From the NCBI RefSeq assembly GCF_030144855.1, contig NC_082722.1, forward strand, positions 27,714,001 through 27,778,000: 64,000 bases of DNA, read 5' to 3'. Of the stretch, positions 34,011 to 47,739 are shown piece by piece. This DNA is from Hypanus sabinus (Eukaryota). The notes under the pieces were generated by a model. That model worked only from the letters and a program-made list of their open reading frames with translations. It did not search any database and was not told where the DNA came from. Both the position numbers and the translations under genes were made by a program. The stretch's first letter is position 1, and each line of letters begins with the position of its first letter.

Positions 34011-37000
34011 ATTTTGAAATAAAATCAGGGTTTAGACACATTTGAAAAGGTATAGCTCTTTAATTATCTGAAAAGAATTTATTCCAAAATTTGAATTAAT
34101 TGCAGTCATCAATATGAGATAAGTTAAGTGAAGAGAACGTGGCGATATTCAGACAACATTACCGCTGCGATAACGTTCACATTTGAAACAATGTAAATAG
34201 GAGAAACAAAGTTTTGCTTTTCTCCATGAGTAAGATGGCATTTTTGTTCGCAATTTCAACACTAAAAACAATCGTTTATTCGTTGGTCGGAGACACTTCC
34301 GCCTGACAGTCGGCTCAAGGAAGGTGTCAGTGTCCCTGCAAAACTCACCATTATCTCTCCGAGACCCAACTACGTTTAAATCAGACTAACAACATATTGG
34401 ACCTGTATTTAGTCATAGCTCTCGTTTGGAAGTTTGTTTCGATTTTCAGCTTCTCGCCTTCTTTAAAACATGTACATCTGCGTACGCTGCAAGTTCCTAT
34501 TTCTGACTAAATGCAGATGCAATTTTGATACTGAGACGGTGCAGAGCGACCGAGGCCAACTTGTTAATCTCGAAACCTGTGACCTGTGAAAGTCAATCAT
34601 ATTGACCATTAGTGCATCATGCTGCCGCTGCAGAGGCGCCCGAGTCTGAAAGAAAGTGGTCACATGTGTGTCTGTATTTCATTGATTATCAGCGGCAGGT
34701 TGGAACCGCAATGTTTGCCTTTTTAAATAATCTTTCTTTTTCCGATTTTCCATTCGGGCTGAAATCTCGTGCTACGGGTCATCTCTCGCACACAGAGTAA
34801 TGCTCGTGCTCATTTTAACATCCAACCTTTCATATGAAGGTTAATACAATCTATTTAAGGGAGCGGCTGAATGCTGAGATAAAAGCAGCCTTTCTGCAAT
34901 CGACGCATTGCGATACTAATGTTGCGAATGATCATTTTAAGCATTGCCGGCGGTCAAATTGACTTGCTGTTTCTGTGGGTGTAGATTCAGGCTTTTTGAA
35001 TACTGTAATAGTAAAAGAAAATGCGAAATAAATTTCGATCAAAAAGCTACCACCTCAGACCTAGAAGATTGAAAGGTGGATCTTTTTACCTGGGTCTCAG
35101 TGTCTTCCAGCTTTGCAATAACTTAGGTCATTATGGGAATAACCCGAAGGCGAGGTACTCTTGCAATTTTCGAGGCGTTATCTGGCTATAAACATTTTCG
35201 TGGCACTGTTATGGAGATGAGAAGATTTAGATTTTCCAGGTTATTTTTTTTTCCTTTTTAATTTAAAACTTAGTTTCAGTGAAATCATCAACCATCGTCT
35301 AACACAGACCATGAACGTAAAGCAAAGATAATGGTGACTGTGCAAAAGGGCAAAATGGATGATCGGGTGAAACCTGTTTACATTCCCAGACATGCAGATT
35401 CACAAGCTTTGGATGTGGTGAAATGTCGTAAAATATCATAGGATTTACTTTGTCGTACCAGGATAAAATGTTTGTTTTCACAATGATACGAATATCTACA
35501 AAAATTCTCAAGTTAAGAACCACACTCTACATTTTTTCAGTCATTTCAAACTGAGGAGCCATTTGTACTCCCGCCAAATGTCGAAAGCAGATTCCGGAGG
35601 AAAGTTGAAATGTTCATTGTAAATATTTTGCAAATAAATATGTAATGCTGCTAGAATGGCTTCTTTCTGTTTCGCAAAGTTCTGAGATTCTAAAGAATTA
35701 ACATGTTATTTGCTTCGCTTACTGCAGTACTTCTGCTCCTAATTAAACAATTTTAGAAACTAAAGAAACCGTTTCATCTCGCCAAATTGGTTTGATTCTC
35801 AGCTCCTTTCAAAGAATAATGCTTACACAAGGAAAGGGGGGGGATATCCATGAGCCTCCGATGAACATTGTATCATGTTGCAAATCGGTTTTGTTACACA
35901 AAGTAAGATCGCCTGAAGATAGTATCTGAACGTGAGTAACAGTAGCCGTTTTCCTAATAATCGCGTTTTGTGTATTACATTCACCTTCATCTTTTGTGAA
36001 TCGTATCCCCTCTCATCGAAAGTGTGTTTTATTTTCCTCTGTCTGAGTTACATTTTGCTTTCAGCTACTTCAGAAGTACTGGCTGCAAAATCTACCTCAA
36101 GCTATTTACTTACTTTTTGCTCTGCACTCGAATTCTGAAGATAACCATACGTCTCAGTGCATTGGTTCTACCTCCAGCAGAGTATCACTGAAGGGATTTC
36201 TTCATACATGACTAGTTATCGTGTGAATGGCCATATCGGGTACCGGGATGACAGAATCAATTCGAAATTGATTTAATTTGCTTCTGTTCGTCATAATGAA
36301 GCAATTGCACCTACCGAGCATTTAGACGGAGGAAAATATTTCCTTCTCATTGACGTGACTCCATAATAGTGATCATTGAAAATGTTCTTAATTTCAATTC
36401 AAATTCGTAATATTATGAAAGCCATGAATTTTATTTATACAGTCCGTAAACATGATGTGTCTCTATGTTTGTTGTTAATATTGGGTTAAGTCCCAGATAA
36501 TCCGATCAAGGGAGAAGCTTTGAAATAGAAATATTAATTTAAAGCAAAGTTAATTCTGTGATTTATTTTGGACGATCCAGCACAAAGCAACATGTGGCTT
36601 CGAATCAACAAATGCATTGCTAATATAACCAACTTATAGTTGAACGTTTCTGTAGAATTGCATTACTCAACTTGTATGCGTCACAATATTGTTTGAAGTA
36701 AACCCAATACAATTCGGTTCTACGACTCACTCATATAATTTAATCGCTAAAGAAACATCAGGTTAATATTTGGAGACAAGCTAAACAGTGGAATGGTTTT
36801 TTGAACCTAAATTTTCTCGTTTGTCTCCACCTTCATTTTCGCATTATGCTAATCACTTTTTTTTTGCTTGTTTTTCTTTCTCTGTTTTTCAACTATTTCC
36901 AGATAATTTCTGTTCTCCTTGTTTCCCTTCTGTTCACTTGTGAACTTTGGTGAACCTTAGGAATACTGCGAGTCTCCAAGGTGGTATTTCCTGTTGGCAA

Positions 37001-38940
37001 TTTATTTCTCCCTCATATCTCCAAAGAAGCAATGCTTCTGAAAAAAAAAATACGGGCACTTGATACAGCAGGCTTTATCTTTAAGCCTCCGTATCAGAGA
37101 ACAGAAAATCATTTTTATTCAGCAGTGATCAGAAATCTATTCAGTTACCTTTTTTGATATTTGCTATAAGACGTAGAATTTGGAACGTTAGCTCTAAGTG
37201 AATGGTCAAAATTTGAAGGAGGATAGAAAATAAGTAACCACCCTCGTGAGTTTCTATATAGGAAAAGTGATGATTTATATTTGTGAAGCAAATTATTTTG
37301 ATTATTATCCTTGCTTTAAAAGCTTGCTTACAGCCCGATATGGCAATAAACTATGACGAATTCGCTGACCTTTAAAAAGTTTGTTAAAAATCTGCAGTTG
37401 TGAAATAATAAGCACAGCATTTGAATTACCGCGAATATCAAGATTATTTGACAACTAAAACTAATGGGCGTTGGCTGAACTCAAAACATTAAGTACTTTC
37501 CAAAAACGATCCATTTGGTAATAAAATGGAGACAAGAAACTTCCGACCCTGGAACATGGAGCAACACAATAAGCGCCGGCGCAACTGAGCGTGCCAGGCA
37601 GCATCATGGGGGGGGGGGGAAATAGACAGTCGACGGCTTGGGCCGAATCTCTTCATCTGCACTTCATTGTCTCGCCAGGAAATAAGATAGTGAGGAACGT
37701 GGAAATTAAATCTTCTAGTCTTCATCCTTGGTCTTCTCCTTTCCGTTTTTTTAACTGTTGGAAGTTTGAAATAATTTTTAAAGATTTTATTTTTTATAAT
37801 TTAGATAATTTATATGTGCATGCTTGAAACTTTATATATGATTTAAATACTTTAAAAAGAAACGTTTTGTCAATCTAGTTAAGATCAAAAATTGTCTCTC
37901 AAGTTACATCTCTGTTTTATATGTGTGGGTCGTTTATACAGCCGAACGCCCTGGACACGATCTATAATGGTAAACTCTTATAATGTATATGGCCTCGTTA
38001 TACTGTATAGAACCTTCCAAATATTCTATGATCTCGAATACGGAGAGTTGCTACAGATAATATTGTTCTGATAGCTTGCCAAGGTTACTAATGAGTTCTG
38101 CTGGGATACGACTCACCATGATCAACACAAGTAGAAACACACAGAAGAAAAGTAAATGTAGAAGGTTTTGGAAGTAACTGAATAGTTTAGCACCTTCGGT
38201 GGAGAGAATAGTCTGCTGGGAAGTTTTCACCATGCAATAAACCCGAAAACATCTTAATCTGGCATTTTCTACAGTTGCCTCCTGAGTTCGCGTGGAGTCT
38301 AAATTTGCAAAATCTAAAGCTTTTGAGTCCTTCCTCACGCAACTCGCGCACACCAGATACTACCCAGCTCATTTAATACCTTGTTTCTTTCCATTTGTCA
38401 TTTATAAATATAATGAAACTTCGTGATCCTAGGACAAGTTCCAAATGCTCACCACTTAGCCCTTTTGTACAATATGGGTATTTTTTCCTGAATCGCAGCT
38501 CTCGAGCCTTCACGCTCGAATCATTTCAACGTACAACTCAAAAAAATATCTTCAGTTCTCATTTTGTTAATCGACTCTGCTGTGGAACATTTCTGATACG
38601 CTTTGACAATGATGAATTTAATAAGTTCACCATGATAACATGCCAGTGCCTACAATTTCAATATAGAATTTGTTTTAACTGAGATTTAGAAGATTTCTTC
38701 CGTATTTAAACTGAAATATTTCAAAACTTTTTTTCCACGTTCCAGATCTCGGCTCTTGTAACTACACACATGACAACACGGTAAAACACACTTAATTCGC
38801 CATTCAGCATTCTGAGAATTTAAACGGAGGAAAATGCTTTGCATATGTAAACAATGCTTTCCACCATTTTTTAGAATTTGTGCTTACATTAATACAAGGC
38901 AATTTGTCCTCATTTGTTCTCACTGTCTAATCTTAACCTT

Positions 38941-39050
38941 AGAAACATAGAAACATAGAAAATAGGTGCAGGAGTAGGCCATTCGACCCTTCGAGCCTGC
39001 ACCGCCATTCAGTGTGATCATGGCTGACCATCCAACTCAGTGCTATCATC
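38941..39050 (-). mobile_element. Short CR1 3' tail insertion
   Basis: (agaaacat)2 followed by ggtgcaggagtaggccattcg. Confidence 0.65.
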
Positions 39051-39722
39051 TAAATTCCGAGAGGCAACTGCTTTAGCTGAATATAATCAACAATTTTTTA
39101 ACTGGACATTTTCACAAAACCTTTGTTCGGCAGATAAAAAGAGAGTTTCTCTCCTGGCATTGATTTGATTTTGTTTATTCGAGTTCTGAAGAACGCTCTC
39201 GGTCTGAAACGTCGACTGTTTATTCAATTCAATCGATGCTGCCTAAAGTGCTGAGTTGCTTCAGCATTTGGTGTACTGGAGTTCTGGATTTTCCGCATCA
39301 GCAGAAAGTCTTGTGTTTATAAATTTCATTCTGCCTAGGATTACAGATTTCAATTCGTCGATGTTCTTAGAAAATATTCGAATACTTAAAACAGGTATTT
39401 ATCTAACATAAAAATGGTTGCCATATATTTGTTGTTTTTAAACGGCATATCGTGAGTACAGAAGCACATACTTTTCAGAAATAGCTTTACACGTAATTAA
39501 CTTAAATTAACTTTCTTATTTTTCACTTAAGCGTTAAACGCGCTAACGTGGTCACCTGCAACTTACTCGCCTGAGGCGGTGAATCTTCTGACCGCACGGA
39601 GTTTCCATGACGTCACCAGCTAACTGTGAGTGCAGTTACTTTGCTGTATGTGCTGTCTTGTTAGGCAACTACATCTGTACTGGGTGCATCTTGTCATTGC
39701 AAAGGTAGAAAAGTTCTCAACT

Positions 39723-39725
<3 letters not shown>

Positions 39726-39770
<45 letters not shown>

Positions 39771-39783
39771 ACACACACACACA
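39726..39783. repeat. (CA)n microsatellite
   Basis: CA run with one TA interruption. Confidence 0.98.
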
Positions 39784-40723
39784 TGAAGAATAGGTTCTGT
39801 CCATGCGGTTTGAACGTTTATTTAGATATAGTTTTCAAATTGTTACCATATCTTGATGGGGAACAGCAAAAAGACAAATTTTAAACACGTTCTGATTCTA
39901 AGCCCTTCAGGTAATATGACTCATGAGTGAGCCGTTAAACACAGAAACAAAAGTTACGTTACCAAAAGGAGTACAAAAGAGAAGAGAAACACTTAATTCC
40001 GGAGCTAAGTTTCGGTATTGTTCACCGTGGAAGAGAAAGGGTCATTTGGAGTTGGGGAACGGGGTAAACCGCAAATCAGCCGTGGTATACTTTTAGTTCT
40101 GGGGGTGGACCTGAAAAAGGGGATAGAACCAGGAGCAATAAAAGCACAGAGAGATTTGAAACGATAGATGACAATTATAAAATCAGTGTTTCGTTTCACT
40201 AAATGGCAGAGTGGATCGGTGAGTGCGTGGATTTCAGATAAACGGGTTGCATACACATATCATAACCAGTCACGCAGTGATGTCGACCAGTTTTTAGAAT
40301 TAGACATCCACATTGGCACGTATATATATTCCCACAGTAATGTCCTCTCGCCCAGGAGTGCACAAAGAAGCACAAGGCAGACATTTCCTCTGCATTAACT
40401 CTGACTGCAATACTCTGAAACTGTTCAATACGATTCCCTTCCCAGCACAATAGCCAGGAAAGTCGACCAATTGTCTCACATTCTTAGTGACTGTGACCCG
40501 AAGTTTTCTGAATTATAAAGACACTTTACTTGCTAGGACACAGCATGACCCCACAGCTAGATTTCTGTAATAGTACCATCTTCATACTAATGCACCCATT
40601 GTTCACTGCACACCTTTTCAGTCATCTTGCATTCATTTTCGATCCTGCAAAACAATGTGGTGTAGTACGGGGCATGTCCTCGTGATCTATCGCTAAGGGC
40701 TCAGGACCTACCTTTATTCATAG

Positions 40724-41720
40724 CGTTACGTACCCCGTAACTGGGTGTCTTACCAGCAAAAATAGAAGTATCTGTTGGAGTCTGGTACTATTTTCCAAAC
40801 AGTGTTTATTAGTAAAATATACGAATCAATATCAACAATGCAAATATACAGACAATACACGTTAGCAATACTAAACCTAAAGGTGTGGATATAATAATAA
40901 TCAATAATAAACAAGCTCTATCGATGTCTAGGGGGGAATGAAGTATCATGGGAAAGTATAAAGTTCAGTTCGGTTCATGTAGGCAGAGGCAGTTGTTGAT
41001 TCTTTTGTTGTAACCGTTGGAGGGAGAGAGAAAAAGAGAGAGAGAGAAAGGGCGAGCAAACAGTGACAGCTACAGTCATTCAAACATTCCTTTATTTTCT
41101 TGATCCGTCGAAATGTTGTTGTGGCCATTCAGGTATGACCCCTCTGTCCTTTAGCTAGATCATTCTTTTATTGTGGGCTCGTCACCCAGGCAAGGGTGGA
41201 CACACACACACAAGCCCCCACCGGCCTTGCAATAAACACTGTGAGTTCAAATTGGCTGATACTTCGTTCGGTCTCCGATGCCCCACACTTTTCTCGTGGG
41301 TTCCAAAACTTAAACAGTGCTCAATTGTGTGTCTCTTGGTGCGTCTGAGGGGTGTCTCCACAGAACTCACTTTTATCCCTACTCACGGGGTCTCAGATGA
41401 CAATCTGTTTTGAATGGCTTAGCCCATCAAACCAGCCCACTCTGGCTGTCCACTGAGGAATTTTAATGAACAGAATAGTACCAAGTAAACAGCCTTCTCC
41501 GGAGCCGTGAGTCTTACAGGAGTCATAATATGGTGTCTCTCCCCCGGTGTTATCTCGCCCTTGTCTGAAGCAGATGTTCCAGTCCCAGTATGTTTTGTTC
41601 CATCTCTTTCTCTCTCATTAACAGCCTGGCTACAGTAACGGTTTTTAATTCTCCCAGGGGAGCGGGGCATGGGCAGCATTGCACCTTTCTGCCCATCAGA
41701 GCTGTTCATCCTTCGTAAAA
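40724..41720. mobile_element. Probable solo LTR
   Basis: Ends (c)gttacgtacccc... and ...cttcgtaaaa look like mutated TG...CA. ATAG flanks both sides (40720-40723, 41721-41724); the right copy could also belong to the adjacent CR1 tail. Confidence 0.6.
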
Positions 41721-42620
41721 ATAGAAACATAGAAAACCTACAGCACAATACAGGCCCTTCGGCCACAAGGTTGTGCCGAACATGTCCCTAACCGAGAAAT
41801 TACTAGGCTTGCCTATAGCCCTCTGCTTTTCTAAGTTCCATGTACCTATCCAAATGTCTCTTAAAATACCCTATGGTATCCGTCTCCACCACCTTTGCCG
41901 GCAGCCCATTCCACGCACTCACCACTCTCTGAGCAAAAAACTTACACCTGACATCTCCTCTGTACCTACACCCCAGTACCTTAAAACTGTGTCCCCCTGT
42001 GACAACCATTTCAGCCCGGGAAAAAGACTCTGACTATCCACACAATCACTGTCTCTCAACATCTTATACACCTCTATCAGGTCACCTCTCATCCTCCATT
42101 GCACCAAGGAGAAAAGGACGAGTTCACTCAACCTATCCTCATAATACTGCCATCCTTCATCAATGTGTTCAGTCACATCCTCAAAAAATTCAATCAGGCT
42201 CGTAAGGCATGACCTGCCCTTGGCAAAGCCATGCTGACTATTCATAATCATATTATACCTCTCCAAATGTTCATAAGTCCTGCCTCTCAGGATCTTCTAC
42301 ATCAATTTACCAACCACGGAGTTATGCCTCACTGGTCTATAATTTCCTGGTCTATCTCTACTCCCTTTCTTGAATAAAGAAACAACATTCACAACCCTCT
42401 GGAACCCCTTCCATCCCTATTGATGATGCAAAGATCATCGCCAGAGGCTCAGCATTCTCCTCCCTCGCCTCCCACAGTAGCCTGGAGTACATCCCATCTG
42501 GGCCCGGCAGCTTATCCAACTTGATGCTTTCCAGAAGCTCCAGCACATCTTCCTTCATAATATCTACATGCTTAAGCTTTTCAGTCTGCTGCAAGTCGTC
42601 ACTATTAAAACCAAGTGCCT
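41721..42620 (-). mobile_element. CR1 LINE, 3' tail plus internally deleted RT
   Basis: (atagaaac)n tail; QHGFAKGRSCLTSLIEFFEDVT and PGPDGMYSRLLWEAREE. Confidence 0.9.
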
Positions 42621-42672
42621 TTTCCATAGTGTCTCTGTACTTCAAATTTACAATCAGCAAGCTCATGCAAAG

Positions 42673-43400
42673 TATTATTATTATCATTATTATTAATATT
42701 ATTATTAAAAACGTTTGTATTTCGAGCTGATGAAGCCTAAAGTGCGAGCATAGATAAACAAACTAATTTCTCAACCGCTAGCAAAATTCAGACTGCAGTT
42801 TAGATTTTTGGCTTTCTGGAGATTATTCAAAAATACGACTGAGTGGACCTAATTGCTTAATGCTTTTGGATAATAACTTTGGGTTGATAACAGATGTAGA
42901 TATCATGATTGTGACAAGGTATACCCTGCTCAAGTTCCATAGTCTTTCAATTTTCTCTTTTAATAGCAGGTTATTTTCTTTCATTGATTTCTGTATATTG
43001 TGTGTTTTTGGACTAGCTATATCTATTAATTAAGTTGTTTTTGCTTGTGTATTCCGTAATATTTATACGCGAATGGTTATTATGAATGGTCCCATTTGTA
43101 ATAATGGATTAGGTGTAATATAGCTTGTGAGACTCTGACTCTCAAACTGAACCAGACACGCATTTATCTTACGGTATTACTCCACTTCTGACTTTGAAAT
43201 TTAAAGCAAGATTTTCGTAAACGATGTAGCAGCTTGATTGCCCTTGTGTATGAAATCGGATTGACTTCAACTGCTGAAAGATGCTGTAATGTGTTGGATT
43301 GTTACTGGTTTCTCTTGGTTTTTTCTCCATGAATCATCTTACCTTTTTTAGTTTTCTAATTCTGTATTTTTTATGTTTTGTGTTAACCACCTGGTCACCT
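42673..43400 (-). mobile_element. R4/Dong-clade non-LTR element 3' fragment, copy 2, with (TAA)n tail
   Basis: Minus translation IDIASPKTHNIQKSMKENNLLLKEKIERLWNLSRVYLVTIMISTSVINPKLLSKSIKQLG (REL endonuclease C-terminus pattern); (TAT)n at 42673-42706. Confidence 0.7.
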
Positions 43401-45141
43401 ATGCCACGAGGAACCACTTTGCACTGAGAAGAGGTCTCCAACTCCGAGCCAGGCATTTGATGCTTCCTTGATGACATCTCATCTGCCCAGATCCTGGGGA
43501 TGTCTCCAAGGACAGTCATAATCTTCCATTGGTTAAGTTTTTTTTTTTCTCTACAGTGATAATTTCTTCATTTTTCTGGTGTGTGCTTTAATTTCTGTTT
43601 AGTGGTGTGTTCTGAACAGAATTACACATGCTCGACTGAAATACTGAATCCTGTTCTCATTCATGAAAGATTATCCTTAGAAGTTTTGTTTGACTGTTGT
43701 ACAAAATTTATTTATGCATGTTATTCCTCTTCCCCCTACTGTCCAAAGTAGAGTTAATCTAAGCACGTTCGAATGTACATTGCCTTTTCTACAATTTATA
43801 ATTTTAATTCTTATTTTTTCTTGGAAATTTTCCAGATGGGTTTCGACCCAAGATATTACACTAGAAGAATATGTTAATTAGTATTATTATTAATAGTGTT
43901 AGTATTATATAAGTACCATAGTTGCCAACATACATGAGTAGCCAGATATCCTGCACCGAGTGATCAGAGATAGTTCCTTTGAACAATTAACGTTACCATT
44001 GCAGAACTCCGCAGCCATTCTACTGACTGTTCAATTTTATTCCCCATTAGCATCTGATCTTTATGGAAAAGTCATTGTAATCGTTGCTTGAACAACACAG
44101 GAAAGCTTACACGAGCTGACTGTTGTTGGTACTTCTTTTCCTAAGCTGGTATCAGGTAATTTTGCACACCCATCTTCCATAAGTTAAGTACCCTCTTTCA
44201 AATAGTCCATTTGCTCGATGATAGTTTATCTGGATATTTTTTCGTCCTAGATACGTATTTTAAGCAAACTCCCGTTCTTGAAGTGTTCCTCCTGATTGGA
44301 TCTGAGGAACAGCAATTTTGCTAGCCGCAATATTCAGCTAAAAATTCACAGCGGTAAGAATAGTAGTCAACAAAATGTGAATTAAGATCTTACAGAGAAT
44401 ATTTAAAATTAAAGGTAACAGTGCAATAGTTATTAACATTGAAAGGGTAGTCCACATTAACAATGACCAGTACTTTTGCATCAACAATTAGACAGAGACG
44501 TAAATCAACTGAAGTTTAATTTAGGGTCCAAAATACTGAAAATATATTTTCATATGACAGCAACAGTTTACAGAAGACTCAGCCAGTTAAATAGTATGAA
44601 AATAAAAACAATGTGCAGTGGACCAACATCAGACAGATTGTTCCGAGATTGGCAATTTTCCTCCTCAGATTTTCCCTTGCGTTGCTTGTTACGGAGTGTG
44701 AATTACACAGCTATTCTGTTTGCATTGTTTTATTTGAGCCCCCTCCCCCAATACGTAGGATTGATTTATAAATATTAACCAATTCGTTGGCATAAAGCGT
44801 GTAAAACACTATGTTCTCAGTAAATATCTTTTGACCATTATAAAGTAGAAGAAGGATATACTGAGACAGGCAGCATTGATTACCTTTGTTCTGTATTTAA
44901 TTTATTTGCTGAAAGATTCAGCACAGAACTGAGCCTTCCCATCGTATGAGCAGCCCAGCCAGCAACCTACTTACCTAAACATTTGGGGGTATTTAATATT
45001 TAATATTGAGAGACTGGAAGGATATGGGCTTTGTGTAGGCAGAACAGATTAATGCACCTTGGCATTTGTTTACTAACCCAATTGGTCTGGCACAACGTTC
45101 TTCTGGCAATGGGGTCTTTTCCTGTGCTGTACTGTATAATG

Positions 45142-45178
45142 ACTCCTGACGAAGGGTCTCGGTCCGAAACGTCGACAG
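45142..45178 (+). ncRNA. Second near-intact minimal hammerhead motif (Penelope terminal repeat, about 45140-45240)
   Basis: CTC-CTGACGA-A-GGGT(CTCG)GTCC-GAAAC-GTC-GAC; stem I reduced to 2 bp. Confidence 0.6.
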
Positions 45179-45604
45179 CGCTTCTCCTAATAGATGCTGT
45201 CTGGCCTGCAGTGTTCCACCAGCATTTTGTGTGTGCAGTACTGTATAATGTTCTGTTTTGTATGTTCTGAAAGGATTAACAAGTCCTCAGCAACCTCTCT
45301 CAACAGAACGCACAAAATGCCAAAGGAACTCAGCAGATCAGGCAGGATCAGAACCTGATTGAAGAATCTCAGCCTGAAATGTTGCCTGTTCATTTCCCTT
45401 CATAGATGCTGCCTGACCCACTGGGTTCTTCCAGCATTTAGTGTGTGTGGTTACATATTTCCATTATCTGCAGGCTCTTTTGTGTGAGCAACCTCTCTCA
45501 GCTGTCTCTCTTCATTACCCTTTCACAGATATTTTCCTTGTTCTCTCCACCCTGCCTCCTTCACTGGAGCTTAAAGCAGGTTCTGATGTCCATCCAGGAA
45601 TAAT

Positions 45605-45850
45605 ACACACAGTGGCCACTTTACTAGGTACACCTTCTCATTAATACAAATCTCTAATTACCCAATCATGTGGACATGGACATGGTCAAGAGGTTCAGTT
45701 GTTGTTCAGACAAAATATCAGAATGGGGAAAAATGTGATCTAAGTGACTTTGATCATGAGTGCCTTATATGATGGGTTCAGTATCTCAGAAACTGCTGAA
45801 CTCCTGAGATTTTGATGCACAGCACTTTCTAGAGTTTACAGCGAACAACT
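45605..45850 (+). mobile_element. Tc1/mariner 5' fragment
   Basis: TIR-like cagtggccactttactaggtacacc and N-terminus MGKNVI/CDLSDFD...SISETAELL. Confidence 0.7.
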
Positions 45851-46189
45851 TGATGTACATCATAGAAAAGAAAAGAATTCGGAGCAGGAGAAGATTGCTC
45901 CTCACTTTGGGACTCTCCTCACAATGGGTGAGACCTAGCTGATGTTTGATCTAAATATTAGGTTTGGTTACTACTTATATATCCTGTTCTGCTGAAATCT
46001 AAACTCGTATTTACATTGTCCGTTGAATATTTAGAGCAAATGAGCTCTCACAATCTCTTGATATGCCGAACGATTCCAAAAATTTGGTGGTTTTATGAAA
46101 ATGTGCACTGTGCTCTGCAATTGCGAGAATTGCATTTAAACAGAACAAAATACAAGTTCAGTCCCAGGACACCTCACCTGACAGCACAC

Positions 46190-47500
46190 GTGGGTACTTG
46201 CAGTACAACATAGAATGTATGGAAAACGGAGTGTGAGCAACAGGGGAAGTCCACTCCTCCCTGAACCATGTTCTGCCTGTTATTGAGATCATCATTGGAC
46301 CATCCAGCTCAATGCCAGTTTTCCTTTCTTTTCCCCACATCCCCTGGTAGTGTTTGTGAACTTAATCTACGTAGCAACTGGACAGCCATGACCCTCCCAA
46401 TGAGTCACAGTGCTGCTGTCACAACTACTGCCAGAGGGTCGGTGCTCTCTCGCCGGCGGGCTGCAGAATTGGTTCAGCAATACACATTCCAGCCAATTAG
46501 CGTTCCCTGCAAGTATCTTCCCCTAATCACAGAATGCTCCCAACTTCCTTGATGTGGGCATCCCAGACCATGAGGTTTAGGCATTTATTGTCTCTGAGAC
46601 AGCCGGAAACCTCCTGGATATCTCTCTGACTCAGTGACGTAGAGTTCTAAATCGGCAATCGAGAGAGAATATCAATGTTATGGCTCTGGCTGGACGACCT
46701 CTGGGCTCCAGCAAGATCCATCTTTGTCCAGACACATTGTCCAGAATTACCAGGATTTTTCGCTGGGTACTTTTTCCTACCACAGATACGAGTGTGTCCA
46801 TTTTGACTCCTATAACAGAGCCGGCCTTTCCAATCAGTTTATTCAGCCTGCTGGCATCACCCGCATAGAAGACTGAGCTAGCGACAACAGACTAGTAGAA
46901 CATGTGAAGGAGAGGCCTGCATACTCCAAAGAACCACTGTCTCCTCAGGAAGTAGAGGCGACTCCGTCTCTTCCTGTACATAGCCTTTTGTTGGTGCTCC
47001 ACTCAATCCTGTCATCCAGGTGCAACCCCCAGTTATTTGTTGGTCCTCACCACATCCACATCCTGCCCTTGAATAGTAACAGGGAGTAGTACAGGCTTAG
47101 TGTTCCTAAAATCCTTCCCCTTCTCCTTTGCCTTACTGAAAGTCAGTTTGCACCATTTGACAAAGTCCACCACTAGGGCCCTGTATTCACCTGCCATCCT
47201 CTCTTTATACACCTAACTATTGCTGAGACATCAGGGAATTTCTACAGATATCATGACTCAGTGTTATATCTGAAGTCCGAGGTATACAGGGTAATCAGGA
47301 AGATAGCCAATACAATCCTCTGTTGGGTCCCAGTGTTGCTTATAGCCATGTCTGATACATAGTTCTGAAGCTGCACAAAATGTCAGGTAGTCCGTTATCC
47401 AGGAAACAATGGAAATGCCTACCTGCAATGAATGGAGCTTCTCCCCCCAGCAATGAGGGCTGTATGGTATTGAAGTCATTTGAGAAATTTAAAAAAACGT
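46190..47500 (-). mobile_element. Rex-Babar RT/3' fragment
   Basis: ctcaggaagtagaggcg, gtcatctgcaaactt-like and gtccgttatccaggaaacaatgg blocks. Confidence 0.7.
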
Positions 47501-47739
47501 GATCCCCACAGTAGTGCCCTGCTTATCCAAATGGGAGTAGGCTCTGTTCAACAGATAGGTGAAAGCATTGTTGCCTCCAATGTGCTCGTGGTAGGTAACC
47601 AGGGTTCAGAGGTGAGCCAGGACCAAGTTCTCTTGATGTCTGAGTTCAGAGCCACTGGACATAGTCAACAGGTCTCCTTCTAGCTTAGTGATTTACATGA
47701 ACCGCCGCTGGCGTTTGGCCTTCCTTAGCTATTTTGACA

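Noticed and set aside
34349-34583. AG-GT segment containing EGEKL, as in the V exon
   Set aside because: No frame is open through it and there are no Ig Cys/Trp motifs.
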